Shown here one piece after another: positions 1 to 7,685 of a stretch of DNA of 26,724 bases (position 1 is the stretch's first letter; every line of letters begins with the position of its first letter). The notes below the pieces were generated by a model. It made no database searches. It was not told where the DNA came from and saw only the letters and a program-made list of their open reading frames with translations. The stretch comes from Candidatus Aminicenantes bacterium (GTDB lineage Bacteria > Acidobacteriota > Aminicenantia > Aminicenantales > Aminicenantaceae). Both the position numbers and the translations under genes were made by a program. The stretch is from positions 1 through 26,724 of the forward strand of contig JAUWYH010000001.1 in NCBI GenBank assembly GCA_030615975.1. Reading direction: 5' to 3'.

Positions 1-2
1 AA

Positions 3-134
3 ACTGAAATTGAAATAAGAAAAGATGATGTAGAGCATATAAAGATCGACTTAACAAAAAGCAAAAATTGGAAAACTTTTGTACGATCTTCCCTTATTAT
101 GATAGCACTAGGCTTTCTATTAAACTCGTTATAA
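3..134 (+). CDS. 3' end of a gene truncated by the window edge, with a C-terminal hydrophobic segment
   Basis: Frame 3 is open from the window start to TAA at 132-134 and reads TEIEIRKDDVEHIKIDLTKSKNWKTFVRSSLIMIALGFLLNSL*. It is protein-like and ends in a hydrophobic stretch. Too short for the ORF track; function not assignable. Confidence 0.5.
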   Translation, partial: TEIEIRKDDVEHIKIDLTKSKNWKTFVRSSLIMIALGFLLNSL

Positions 135-194
135 CCTATTATTTGCACTCCTCGACACTTCACTTAAAAGGTATCTAATACTGTCATCAAAATT

Positions 195-221
195 ACTGTC
201 CAAATTTGTAAGGCAGAGTCA
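195..221. mobile_element. Possible solo IS3-family terminal inverted repeat (remnant)
   Basis: ACTGTCCAAATTTGTAAGGCAGAGTCA; its reverse complement is TGACTCTGCCTTACAAATTTGGACAGT. It has the 5'-TG start and TTGGACA at nt 19-25, as I recall for IS150-subgroup IRs. No partner IR or transposase was seen in the window. Confidence 0.3.
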
Positions 222-378
222 AATTGAAACGAGTGGAAGCCAAAGACCCTAAGGCCCTGGCCTCCCGGAAATTGAAAAAGACAGCAGGGCGAAACAGTAC
301 TTAATCAAGAGGGCTTTTTAGCATGTAGAGATTAGTTCTCCAAATAGATTCACTTTATCTCTTTCTCTTCTTTTTTCC

Positions 379-408
379 TTGACATTGATTTACAATTCCC
401 ATTTTAAT
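379..408 (+). promoter_or_regulatory. sigma70-type promoter of the amidohydrolase gene
   Basis: TTGACA at 379-384, an 18-nt spacer, then TTTAAT at 403-408. SD AGGAGG at 484-489 precedes the ATG at 495. Confidence 0.55.
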
Positions 409-494
409 ATTTATCTTTATATGATTTTAAAATTTAAGGATCTTGCTTTAATCAAAAAAGAATGATTTGATAAAAAAATAGAAAGGAGGATTAG

Positions 495-1979
495 ATGAAA
501 AAATTTTTTACATTGTTCTTAAGCTTACTCTTTCTTTTTTCGATTTTCGCTTATTCAGAAAAGGCGAAAGAAGATCCCCTTTTGCTTAAGGTCAAGCCAG
601 CTGAGCTCACTCCTTTGAAAAAGGAAGCATTTTCCTGGCTTGATACCAATATGGCTGAGCTTGCTAAAATCAATGAAAAGATCTGGAGTTATGCTGAAGT
701 GGCTATGGAAGAATACGAATCAGCTGAACTTTTGGCTTCTTATTTAGAGAAAAAAGGATTCAAGGTGACAAGGGGAGTAGCAAGTATGCCGACCGCTTTT
801 GTCGCTGTTTACGGTTCAGGCGAGCCAGTGATAGGAATCCTGGCTGAGTATGACGCTCTCCCTGGACTCTCTCAAAAACCCGTTCCTTCCAAGCAACCTG
901 TGGAAGAGGGCAAGCCCGGCCATGGATGCGGTCACAATATTTTCGGTACAGCCAGTACGGCTGCAGCTGTGGCCATGAAAGAAGTCATGGAGAAACAGAA
1001 ATTATCAGGGACGATTAAACTTTTTGGCTGTCCGGCTGAAGAAACTGTGGTAGGCAAAGTTTTTATGGCGCGTGATGGCGTTTTCGATGGCCTTTCCTGT
1101 TGTATTCAGTGGCACCCTAGTTCTGTAAATGGAGTCTCTTTGGGTTCGAGCAATGCCTTGAATCAGTTCGAGGTAGAATTTTTTGGAAAAACAGCTCATG
1201 CTGCTGGTGATCCTTGGCGTGCTCGAAGTGCCCTTGATGCCATCGAATTGACCAATATCGGCTTGAATTATCTCCGTGAGCATCTAAAGCCTACAGCCAG
1301 GATTCATTATGTGATCCTCGACGGAGGAGGTGCTCCCAATGTCGTCCCTGATTATGCTCGAGCATGGTACTATGTGCGAGACATAAATCGGGAAAGTGCT
1401 GAGAAAGATTATGAGCGGGTACTTAAAATAATCGAAGGCGCGGCTAAGATGACAGAGACAATATATAAAATCCGTTTCATTAGTGGGGTGCATGAAATGC
1501 TATCCAATCGTCCAGGAAATGAGATTGTTTACAGCAATTTACTTCTTGTAGGGCCACCGCAGTTTACAGAGGAAGAACAGGCATATGCCAAGGAAATTCA
1601 AAAAAATTTAGGGATTGAGGAAAAAGGCTTGAAAAAAGAGATTGAACCCTTCAAGCTTCCCCAAAGAAGCTGGGGAGGGGGCTCAACAGATGTAGCAGAG
1701 GTAAGCTGGCTGACTCCTACAACATCACTGGGAGTGGCGTTCAAGCCTGAGGGAACGCCTGGGCACCACTGGGCAGCAGTGGCCTGCGGAGGAATGTCCA
1801 TCGGACATAAAGCTATGATAACTGCTGCCAAAGTCATGGCTGCTTCAGGGATAGATTTTCTCACCAATCCGGGAATAATCAAGAAGATGAGGGCAGAATG
1901 GATGGAGAGAAAGGAAGGAAAAGAATATAAATCTCCTCTACCTGTGGACCTTGAACCACCAGTCAAACCGAAAAAATAA
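495..1979 (+). CDS. M20-family amidohydrolase, AbgB (p-aminobenzoyl-glutamate hydrolase subunit B)-like, with a signal peptide
   Basis: Motifs GILAEYDALPGL, GHGCGHN, GCPAEE, WHP, G(K)TAHAA, GGAPNVVP and GGGSTDV. The N-terminus MKKFFTLFLSLLFLFSIFAYS is Sec-like. Strong SD. Confidence 0.88.
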   Translation: MKKFFTLFLSLLFLFSIFAYSEKAKEDPLLLKVKPAELTPLKKEAFSWLDTNMAELAKINEKIWSYAEVAMEEYESAELLASYLEKKGFKVTRGVASMPTAFVAVYGSGEPVIGILAEYDALPGLSQKPVPSKQPVEEGKPGHGCGHNIFGTASTAAAVAMKEVMEKQKLSGTIKLFGCPAEETVVGKVFMARDGVFDGLSCCIQWHPSSVNGVSLGSSNALNQFEVEFFGKTAHAAGDPWRARSALDAIELTNIGLNYLREHLKPTARIHYVILDGGGAPNVVPDYARAWYYVRDINRESAEKDYERVLKIIEGAAKMTETIYKIRFISGVHEMLSNRPGNEIVYSNLLLVGPPQFTEEEQAYAKEIQKNLGIEEKGLKKEIEPFKLPQRSWGGGSTDVAEVSWLTPTTSLGVAFKPEGTPGHHWAAVACGGMSIGHKAMITAAKVMAASGIDFLTNPGIIKKMRAEWMERKEGKEYKSPLPVDLEPPVKPKK

Positions 1980-2054
1980 TTTTAAAATTTCGGAATAATG
2001 TAGCGAAGGAATAACTGGCGAAAAATTAGGAGGAATATGCGTTTTTCCATATCA

Positions 2055-2083
2055 TTGACATATGTTATATTATATCTTATAGT
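2055..2083 (+). promoter_or_regulatory. sigma70 promoter of the TA operon
   Basis: TTGACA (2055-2060)-N17-TATAGT (2078-2083). Short TATA-rich inverted repeats overlap the -10: TTATA-G-TATAA at 2077-2087 and TATAATTATA at 2083-2092. These are candidate autorepression operators. Confidence 0.72.
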
Positions 2084-2108
2084 ATAATTATATATTTCGG
2101 AGGCAAAA

Positions 2109-2387
2109 ATGAAGACTATAAACGCATTGGCTTTTCGTAAAAAATTTGGCAGCATCCTTGATGAGGTGCATTTTAAGAAAACACATATAATTATATCTAG
2201 ATCAAATAAGCCTTTAGCAGTGATAATTCCTTTTGATGATTATAAAGAGCAAGAAGAAAAAAAGGCTAGAGAGAAAAGACTTCGCTTAGCTGCATATAAG
2301 ATCGATCAATGGCGAAAGAAACATACTCAGGAACTAAGAGGCTTAAGTTCAATAGATGTAATTCGCCAAATAAGAACAGAAAGATGA
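2109..2387 (+). CDS. Type II antitoxin, Phd/YefM family
   Basis: 92 aa. The N-terminus MKTINALAFRKKFGSILDEV...IIISRSNKPLAVII matches the Phd pattern (helix, then I-x-R-x-x-K-P-x-A-V). SD GGAGG. ATGA overlap with the toxin. Confidence 0.9.
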   Translation: MKTINALAFRKKFGSILDEVHFKKTHIIISRSNKPLAVIIPFDDYKEQEEKKAREKRLRLAAYKIDQWRKKHTQELRGLSSIDVIRQIRTER

Positions 2388-2806
2388 TTGTCTTAGATGC
2401 ATCTATAATATTGAAAATGATTTTTGAAGAGCAGGATACTCATCTGGCACTTCAACTGAGAGAGAATCATGTTACAGGAAAAGAAAAAATTGCTGCTCCT
2501 GAACTTATATTTTATGAAATTGCTAATGTTTTGGCCACTAAGACCCCTTTATCTGTTAAAAGTGCTTCTTCAGCCTTGAATGAAATATTTAACCTTGAAA
2601 TTGAAACTTTCACCTTAGGTATGGAAGAATTTCTCTCCTCAATAAGTTTTTCCCATAAATATAAAATTAGTGTTTATGATGCGAGCTATATAATTTTAGC
2701 TGATAGACTTAACTGTGATTTCATCACCGCTGATGTGAAACTATTTAAAAAAATAAAAGATTTGAAGTTTATCAGATTATTAAAGGATGTTAAACTGCCA
2801 AGCTAA
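2384..2806 (+). CDS. vapC: Type II toxin, VapC/PIN-domain ribonuclease
   Basis: The true start is the ATG at 2384, which overlaps the antitoxin TGA (ATGA); the ORF-track start at 2309 is an upstream extension. 140 aa with the PIN acidic quartet: MIVLDAS (D5), FYEIAN (E45), VYDASY (D99), ITAD (D117). Confidence 0.9.
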   Translation: MIVLDASIILKMIFEEQDTHLALQLRENHVTGKEKIAAPELIFYEIANVLATKTPLSVKSASSALNEIFNLEIETFTLGMEEFLSSISFSHKYKISVYDASYIILADRLNCDFITADVKLFKKIKDLKFIRLLKDVKLPS

Positions 2807-2968
2807 ATATTATAAAATAATAAAGTAAATTATGAGAGAAAATTTGGTATTAATATTAGCCCAGGTTAGTCATTGTAGAGAATAAAGGAGGTTGGAGAGA
2901 AAGGCATTTTTTCTTTTTGGTGACTTGCTCTGCATGTCAGGAGTTGACGGTAATTGGCTAAAACAAGA

Positions 2969-4180
2969 TCATCTGGCCTCATGAGAACTCTTTCGTGGTG
3001 GTGTGTGCTTGTTTTTCCGGATAAAAGAGGGTGTTTCATAAGGCTCCCAGCGTTTTTCCCAAGCTGGCCTATTCCAGAGAGCCTCGTTTCCCTTTGGCTC
3101 GAACACATAGTCAGGCGTATCCTGCTCAACTTGGAAGGGAGGAGGAGTTTCCGGACGGGAAAGTGTACGATCCTCTGGAGCGATTGCCTCTCTTTCTGGT
3201 GGTGATTCGAAGCCTGTAGCAATGACAGTCACTTTCACCATTTCTTTCAGGCTTTCGTCAATGACTGTCCCAAAAATAATATTGGCTTCTTGATGAGCGA
3301 TGCTGTGGATAAGCTGGGAGGCTTTAGAGACTTCATGGAGGGTTATGTCTTTACCACCTGTGATATTGATCAGGACTCCCTGAGCTCCTTCTATCGAAGT
3401 ATCGACTAAAAGCGGACTGGATATTGCTTTTTGAGCAGCATCCACAGATCTGTTTTCGCCAGAGGCTAATCCTGTTCCCATGAAAGCCATTCCCATATCT
3501 TTCATGATGGACTTGACGTCAGCAAAGTCCAGGTTGATCAATCCCGGTCTTGTAATAAGATCAGAAATGCCCTGAACGGCTTGGCGGAGAATGTCATCAG
3601 CCATTTTAAAAGCATCCTGAATGGAAGTATCCAGGTTGACTGTCTGGAGGAGCCTTTCATTGGGAATGGAAATAACTGTATCGACAGCAGATTTCAGTTC
3701 GGCTAGACCTTCCTCGGCCTGTTTTGCTCTGATTTTCCCCTCAAACTCGAAGGGAAGAGTAACAATTGCGATAGCCAAGATATCCATCTCTGAGGCGAGA
3801 TTGGCAAAGATGGGAATCGCTCCTGTTCCTGTTCCACCACCCAGACCAGTGGTTAGAAAAACCATGTCAGCACCCTGAAGAAGCTCGATGAGCTTTTCGG
3901 TATCTTCCATTGCGGCTTCTTTGCCGATATCTGGCCTCCCTCCTGATCCTAGACCTTTTGTCCGCTGAGCACCAATCTGGACTTTTATCCTGGCATTGTT
4001 GCTGCTAAGAGCTTGAAGGTCGGTATTGACAGCGATGAACTCCACTCCTTCGATTTGGGTTTCGATCATTCGGTTTATGGCGTTTCCTCCACCTCCTCCG
4101 ATACCAACAACCTTGATTTTGGCGCCGAAACGTTCTTCCACCAGGTGGAATTTTAATTTGCTTTTTATTTCGTTATTCAT
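2969..4180 (-). CDS. ftsZ: Cell division protein FtsZ
   Basis: [17 protein letters not shown], tubulin signature [16 protein letters not shown]-terminal core [15 protein letters not shown]. Confidence 0.99.
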   Translation of the reverse strand: MNNEIKSKLKFHLVEERFGAKIKVVGIGGGGGNAINRMIETQIEGVEFIAVNTDLQALSSNNARIKVQIGAQRTKGLGSGGRPDIGKEAAMEDTEKLIELLQGADMVFLTTGLGGGTGTGAIPIFANLASEMDILAIAIVTLPFEFEGKIRAKQAEEGLAELKSAVDTVISIPNERLLQTVNLDTSIQDAFKMADDILRQAVQGISDLITRPGLINLDFADVKSIMKDMGMAFMGTGLASGENRSVDAAQKAISSPLLVDTSIEGAQGVLINITGGKDITLHEVSKASQLIHSIAHQEANIIFGTVIDESLKEMVKVTVIATGFESPPEREAIAPEDRTLSRPETPPPFQVEQDTPDYVFEPKGNEALWNRPAWEKRWEPYETPSFIRKNKHTPPRKSSHEAR

Positions 4181-4189
4181 TTTTTCCTC

Positions 4190-5413
4190 CTATGCTTCTT
4201 TGAGCCAATCTTTGAATTTGGCCCAAAAACCTTTTTTTCTATCTTTAGACATACCTCTTTCTTTCCATTGGTTATATCCGTAGAGGATAAGGCCAACCGC
4301 AGTAGCGTAGTCTGGAGTGCTGACCCGGTCAACCAGTCCTCCTACACCGCTGGGGTCACCACGTCTTACAGGTAAATCAAAAATTTCTTCTGCAATTTCT
4401 TCCAGCCCATCAAGCAAAGCCGTGCCTCCAGTGAGGACAACTCCGGAGTTAAGAGATTTTTCATATCCCATCCTTTTTATGTCATTGTCAACTAAACGAA
4501 AAATCTCTTCTGCTCTGGGTTGAATGATATCCGCCAATATTTGCCGGGAAAGAATTCTAGGCTTTTTACCTCGGCCTACAGAAGGGACTTCTATTGTCTC
4601 CTGTTCATCTTCGATGGGAGAGGAGACACAGCCAAATTTTTTCTTTATTTTTTCTGCTTCTGGGATCGGTGTCCGAAGTCCAACGGCAATGTCATTGGTG
4701 AAATTGTCTCCTCCGATGGGGATTATGGACGTGTACCATAAGCTGCCACGTTCAAAAATAGCGATTTCAGTGGTTCCGCCGCCGATATCAATAAGACCGA
4801 TCCCAAGTTCCATCTCGTCATGAGTCAGGGTGGAAGTACTTGTGGCTATCTGGTTCAGAACAGTTTGTTTAATTTCGATCCCAGCTCTTGTGATACAGGT
4901 TTTCAGGTTTTGAACAGAAGTAATTGCACCGGTGACAATGTGGACATTGACTTCAAGCTTTATTCCGCTCATCCCGAGAGGATCTTTGATTCCGTCTTGC
5001 TCGTCGACCACAAATTCTTGAGGAATAATATGTATGATTTCTCTATCAGGAGGGATGGATACAGCTTTAGACTGGTTAATTACACGTTTTATATCTTCGG
5101 AGCTTATTTCTTTGTTTTTGCCTGAAACAGCGATAACTCCGCGGCTATTGAAGCTTTTTATGTGAGCTCCAGAAATACCGATAAAAGCCGAATCGATTTC
5201 AACTCCAGCCATAAGCTCAGCCTCTTCTTGAGCCCTTTTGATGGACTCCACTGTGGCTTCTAAATTTACGACAACGCCTTTTCTTAATCCTTTAGACTCG
5301 GTTGTTCCAATTCCTATGATCTCTATTTTTTTCTCTTCTGTGATCTCTCCGATAATGGCCGCAATTTTTTTTGTCCCAATGTCAAATCCGACAATATGAC
5401 TATTCTTTGGCAT
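4190..5413 (-). CDS. ftsA: Cell division protein FtsA
   Basis: VGFDIGTKKI, GLRKGVVVN, IDIGGGTT, GVVLTGG, YATAVGL; located between ftsQ and ftsZ. Confidence 0.98.
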   Translation of the reverse strand: MPKNSHIVGFDIGTKKIAAIIGEITEEKKIEIIGIGTTESKGLRKGVVVNLEATVESIKRAQEEAELMAGVEIDSAFIGISGAHIKSFNSRGVIAVSGKNKEISSEDIKRVINQSKAVSIPPDREIIHIIPQEFVVDEQDGIKDPLGMSGIKLEVNVHIVTGAITSVQNLKTCITRAGIEIKQTVLNQIATSTSTLTHDEMELGIGLIDIGGGTTEIAIFERGSLWYTSIIPIGGDNFTNDIAVGLRTPIPEAEKIKKKFGCVSSPIEDEQETIEVPSVGRGKKPRILSRQILADIIQPRAEEIFRLVDNDIKRMGYEKSLNSGVVLTGGTALLDGLEEIAEEIFDLPVRRGDPSGVGGLVDRVSTPDYATAVGLILYGYNQWKERGMSKDRKKGFWAKFKDWLKEA

Positions 5414-6282
5414 TATCTTGCCTCCTTCTCAGAATTGGGAAAAAGGTCTTGAATCGTGGATTTCTGAGATTTGATGTATAGGCGATCCTGGAATCGAAGG
5501 TCCACATATTCAAGCGGTTCATATTTTTCTAAACGTGAGTGCCATTTTTGGAAAATCTTCAATTTCTGGGAAAATTGCTCTGCGCCAAGAATAAAATTTG
5601 TCTCTGATCCTTTAAGTTTAAGGGTAACATTTTCATAATCTGTAAGATCTAGAATCTCGACTTTTTTTCTCTCTGAGGGTATGAAACTCTCCAGACATTC
5701 CCATGCCAGTGCAATTTTATCTTTGTAATCTTTTTTGAAATTATTCGAATCGACGAGAAGAGGAAGACCTTGGTTTTCCTGAAAATTAATTTTTTCAAGC
5801 AGGATTCCTTCTTTGTCAATAAGGTAAAAATTTTCTTTTTTCAACACAGCCACTGGTGTTCTTTCTCTGATTTCGATCCTTAAGGAAGAAGGGAAAATTT
5901 TTCTTACACAGATATTTTCCACCCATCTATGGCCTTCTAATAATTCCTGAAGAAGGCCTATGTCGAGCAGGAGAATATTTCCAAAGTTTTTTCCCTTAAA
6001 AAATTCTTGAATTTCTTCTTTTACCACTGCTCTTTTGGAAGCAATCTCTATTCCCTTGACATCCAGATGATCCCAGGAAATCAAGAAAAGATAGATTTGT
6101 TGAATAAGAAAGAATATCCCACCCAAAAAAAGGAAAGTCAATAAAATATGGATAAATTTTAACCTGATTTTTCTTTGTATCTTTTTTGTTTTGATTTTTT
6201 CCCGGCGACGCTTGAACTGGAAGGTTTTTGAAAGAAGAGGCTCTGTTCTGTACTTTAGAGCTGGATTTAAATTAACAGCCAT
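5413..6282 (-). CDS. ftsQ: Cell division protein FtsQ/DivIB
   Basis: Basic N-terminus, a single TM helix, POTRA-like WVENICVRKIFPSSLRIEIRERTP, C-terminal YVDLRF; located directly upstream of ftsA. Confidence 0.9.
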   Translation of the reverse strand: MAVNLNPALKYRTEPLLSKTFQFKRRREKIKTKKIQRKIRLKFIHILLTFLFLGGIFFLIQQIYLFLISWDHLDVKGIEIASKRAVVKEEIQEFFKGKNFGNILLLDIGLLQELLEGHRWVENICVRKIFPSSLRIEIRERTPVAVLKKENFYLIDKEGILLEKINFQENQGLPLLVDSNNFKKDYKDKIALAWECLESFIPSERKKVEILDLTDYENVTLKLKGSETNFILGAEQFSQKLKIFQKWHSRLEKYEPLEYVDLRFQDRLYIKSQKSTIQDLFPNSEKEAR

Positions 6283-6284
6283 GA

Positions 6285-7673
6285 TTATGCTTTTCCTTCC
6301 AGGGATTTTATGATATCAGGGATGATCCGATATATGTTTCCCGCTCCCATGACGATAATCAAGTCTTTAGGAAGAACGATTTTTCCAATCAAAGAAGGAA
6401 TTTTCTCCATGTTTGGTTCGAAAAAAACATTTTTGTGACCAAACTTCTCTATTTCCTGATACAGAGCTTCACCCGAGATGCCTGGGATTGGCTTTTCCCC
6501 TGCCGGGTATATTTCCGTGATGACTAGAACATCTGCTTGGTTGAAGGAGGTAGCAAAGCTCTTCATGAGCAGAGAGAGACGGGTGTAGCGATGAGGTTGA
6601 AAAATCCCCACAGTCCTCCGCAACCATCCTTTTTTAGCTGCTTCGAGAGTGGCCTTTATTTCTGTGGGATGATGGGCATAATCCTCAAAAATCATCGTTT
6701 CGTTTATAATTTTCTTTAGTTCAAAACGGCGGCCGATCCCTCGATAACTCTCCAAACCTTTAAAAATTAGGGAAGGCGAAATCTCCAAATCCATTCCCAC
6801 ACATACGGCTGCCATTGCATTATAGATATTGTGTATTCCCGGAACATTGAGTTTGAGATCTCCAAATTTTCCCCCTTTCCAGTAAAGAGTAGAAGCGCTT
6901 GAAAAGGTTTCGAACTTCGGGTCTCGAGCAAAAATATCGGCTTGGCTGGAGAATCCGTAAGTGATTATTCTCCGATCAAGGGAAGGAATTATACTTTGGA
7001 GATTGGGATCATCAAGGCATAGAACCACAGGACAGTAGAACGGTACACTGTTAGCAAAATGGATAAACGTGTTTTTGATTTCGTCAAGTGTTTTATAATA
7101 ATCTAAATGCTCCTCATCCAGGTTGGTAAGTACTGCAATGAAAGGGGAGAGATAAAGAAATGACCGGTCGCTTTCATCGGCTTCAGCAACAATAAAATCT
7201 CCTTCTCCTAATTTGGCATGGCCACCGATTGTATTCAGCCGTCCTCCAACGATAATAGTCGGATCAAATCCAGCTAATTCGAGGACTTGAGCAATCATGG
7301 ACGTTGTAGAAGTCTTGCCGTGAGAACCAGCAACAGCAATTCCGTATTTCATCCTCATCAATTCAGCTAGCATCTCTGCCCGCGGTATGACTGGTATTTT
7401 TCGGCGTCTTGCTTCTTTGACTTCGACGTTGTCTTCTTTTATAGCCGTGGAGACGACCACAACGTCGGCTCCTTCTACTCTTTCAGCTTTATGGCCTATG
7501 GATATTTTTGCTCCAAGGCGAGCAAGGCGCTTTGTGGCTTCGTTAACGTTGATATCTGTTCCAGAAACGTCGTAACCAAGGTTTAAGAGTACTTCAGCTA
7601 TACCACTCATGCCAGTGCCGCCGATACCTATCATATGGATGTGTTTAAACTTTTTGTTAATATGTTTTTCCAA
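6285..7673 (-). CDS. murC: UDP-N-acetylmuramate--L-alanine ligase
   Basis: HMIGIGGTGMSGIA, AVAGSHGKTSTT, EADESD, DYAHHPTEI, FQPHRYTR. TTG start with an AAGGA SD. Confidence 0.98.
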   Translation of the reverse strand: MEKHINKKFKHIHMIGIGGTGMSGIAEVLLNLGYDVSGTDINVNEATKRLARLGAKISIGHKAERVEGADVVVVSTAIKEDNVEVKEARRRKIPVIPRAEMLAELMRMKYGIAVAGSHGKTSTTSMIAQVLELAGFDPTIIVGGRLNTIGGHAKLGEGDFIVAEADESDRSFLYLSPFIAVLTNLDEEHLDYYKTLDEIKNTFIHFANSVPFYCPVVLCLDDPNLQSIIPSLDRRIITYGFSSQADIFARDPKFETFSSASTLYWKGGKFGDLKLNVPGIHNIYNAMAAVCVGMDLEISPSLIFKGLESYRGIGRRFELKKIINETMIFEDYAHHPTEIKATLEAAKKGWLRRTVGIFQPHRYTRLSLLMKSFATSFNQADVLVITEIYPAGEKPIPGISGEALYQEIEKFGHKNVFFEPNMEKIPSLIGKIVLPKDLIIVMGAGNIYRIIPDIIKSLEGKA

Positions 7674-7685
7674 TTGGAATCCTTA

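Noticed and set aside
190-255. Cobalamin-riboswitch-like words (ACTGT, AAGCCAAAGACC)
   Set aside because: The upstream GGGAA/CCCGC core elements are absent.
250-292. Resemblance of GGCCCTGGCCTCCC...GCAGGGC to the ends of small SRP (4.5S) RNA
   Set aside because: The conserved domain IV core (CAGG...GGAA...AGCAG) is missing and the element is too short.
2309-2383. ORF-track N-terminal extension of the toxin
   Set aside because: It overlaps the antitoxin out of frame. The PIN fold begins at MIVLD (2384), with typical ATGA coupling.
2883-2900. Orphan AAGGAGG on the + strand after vapC
   Set aside because: No suitably spaced start codon or meaningful ORF follows.
2866-3222. 118-aa alternative-frame ORF overlapping the ftsZ end, and a GAGG-N-ATGA pattern at the ftsZ stop
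   Set aside because: The ORF mostly overlaps ftsZ and is not protein-like. The ATG overlapping the ftsZ stop gives only MILF*.
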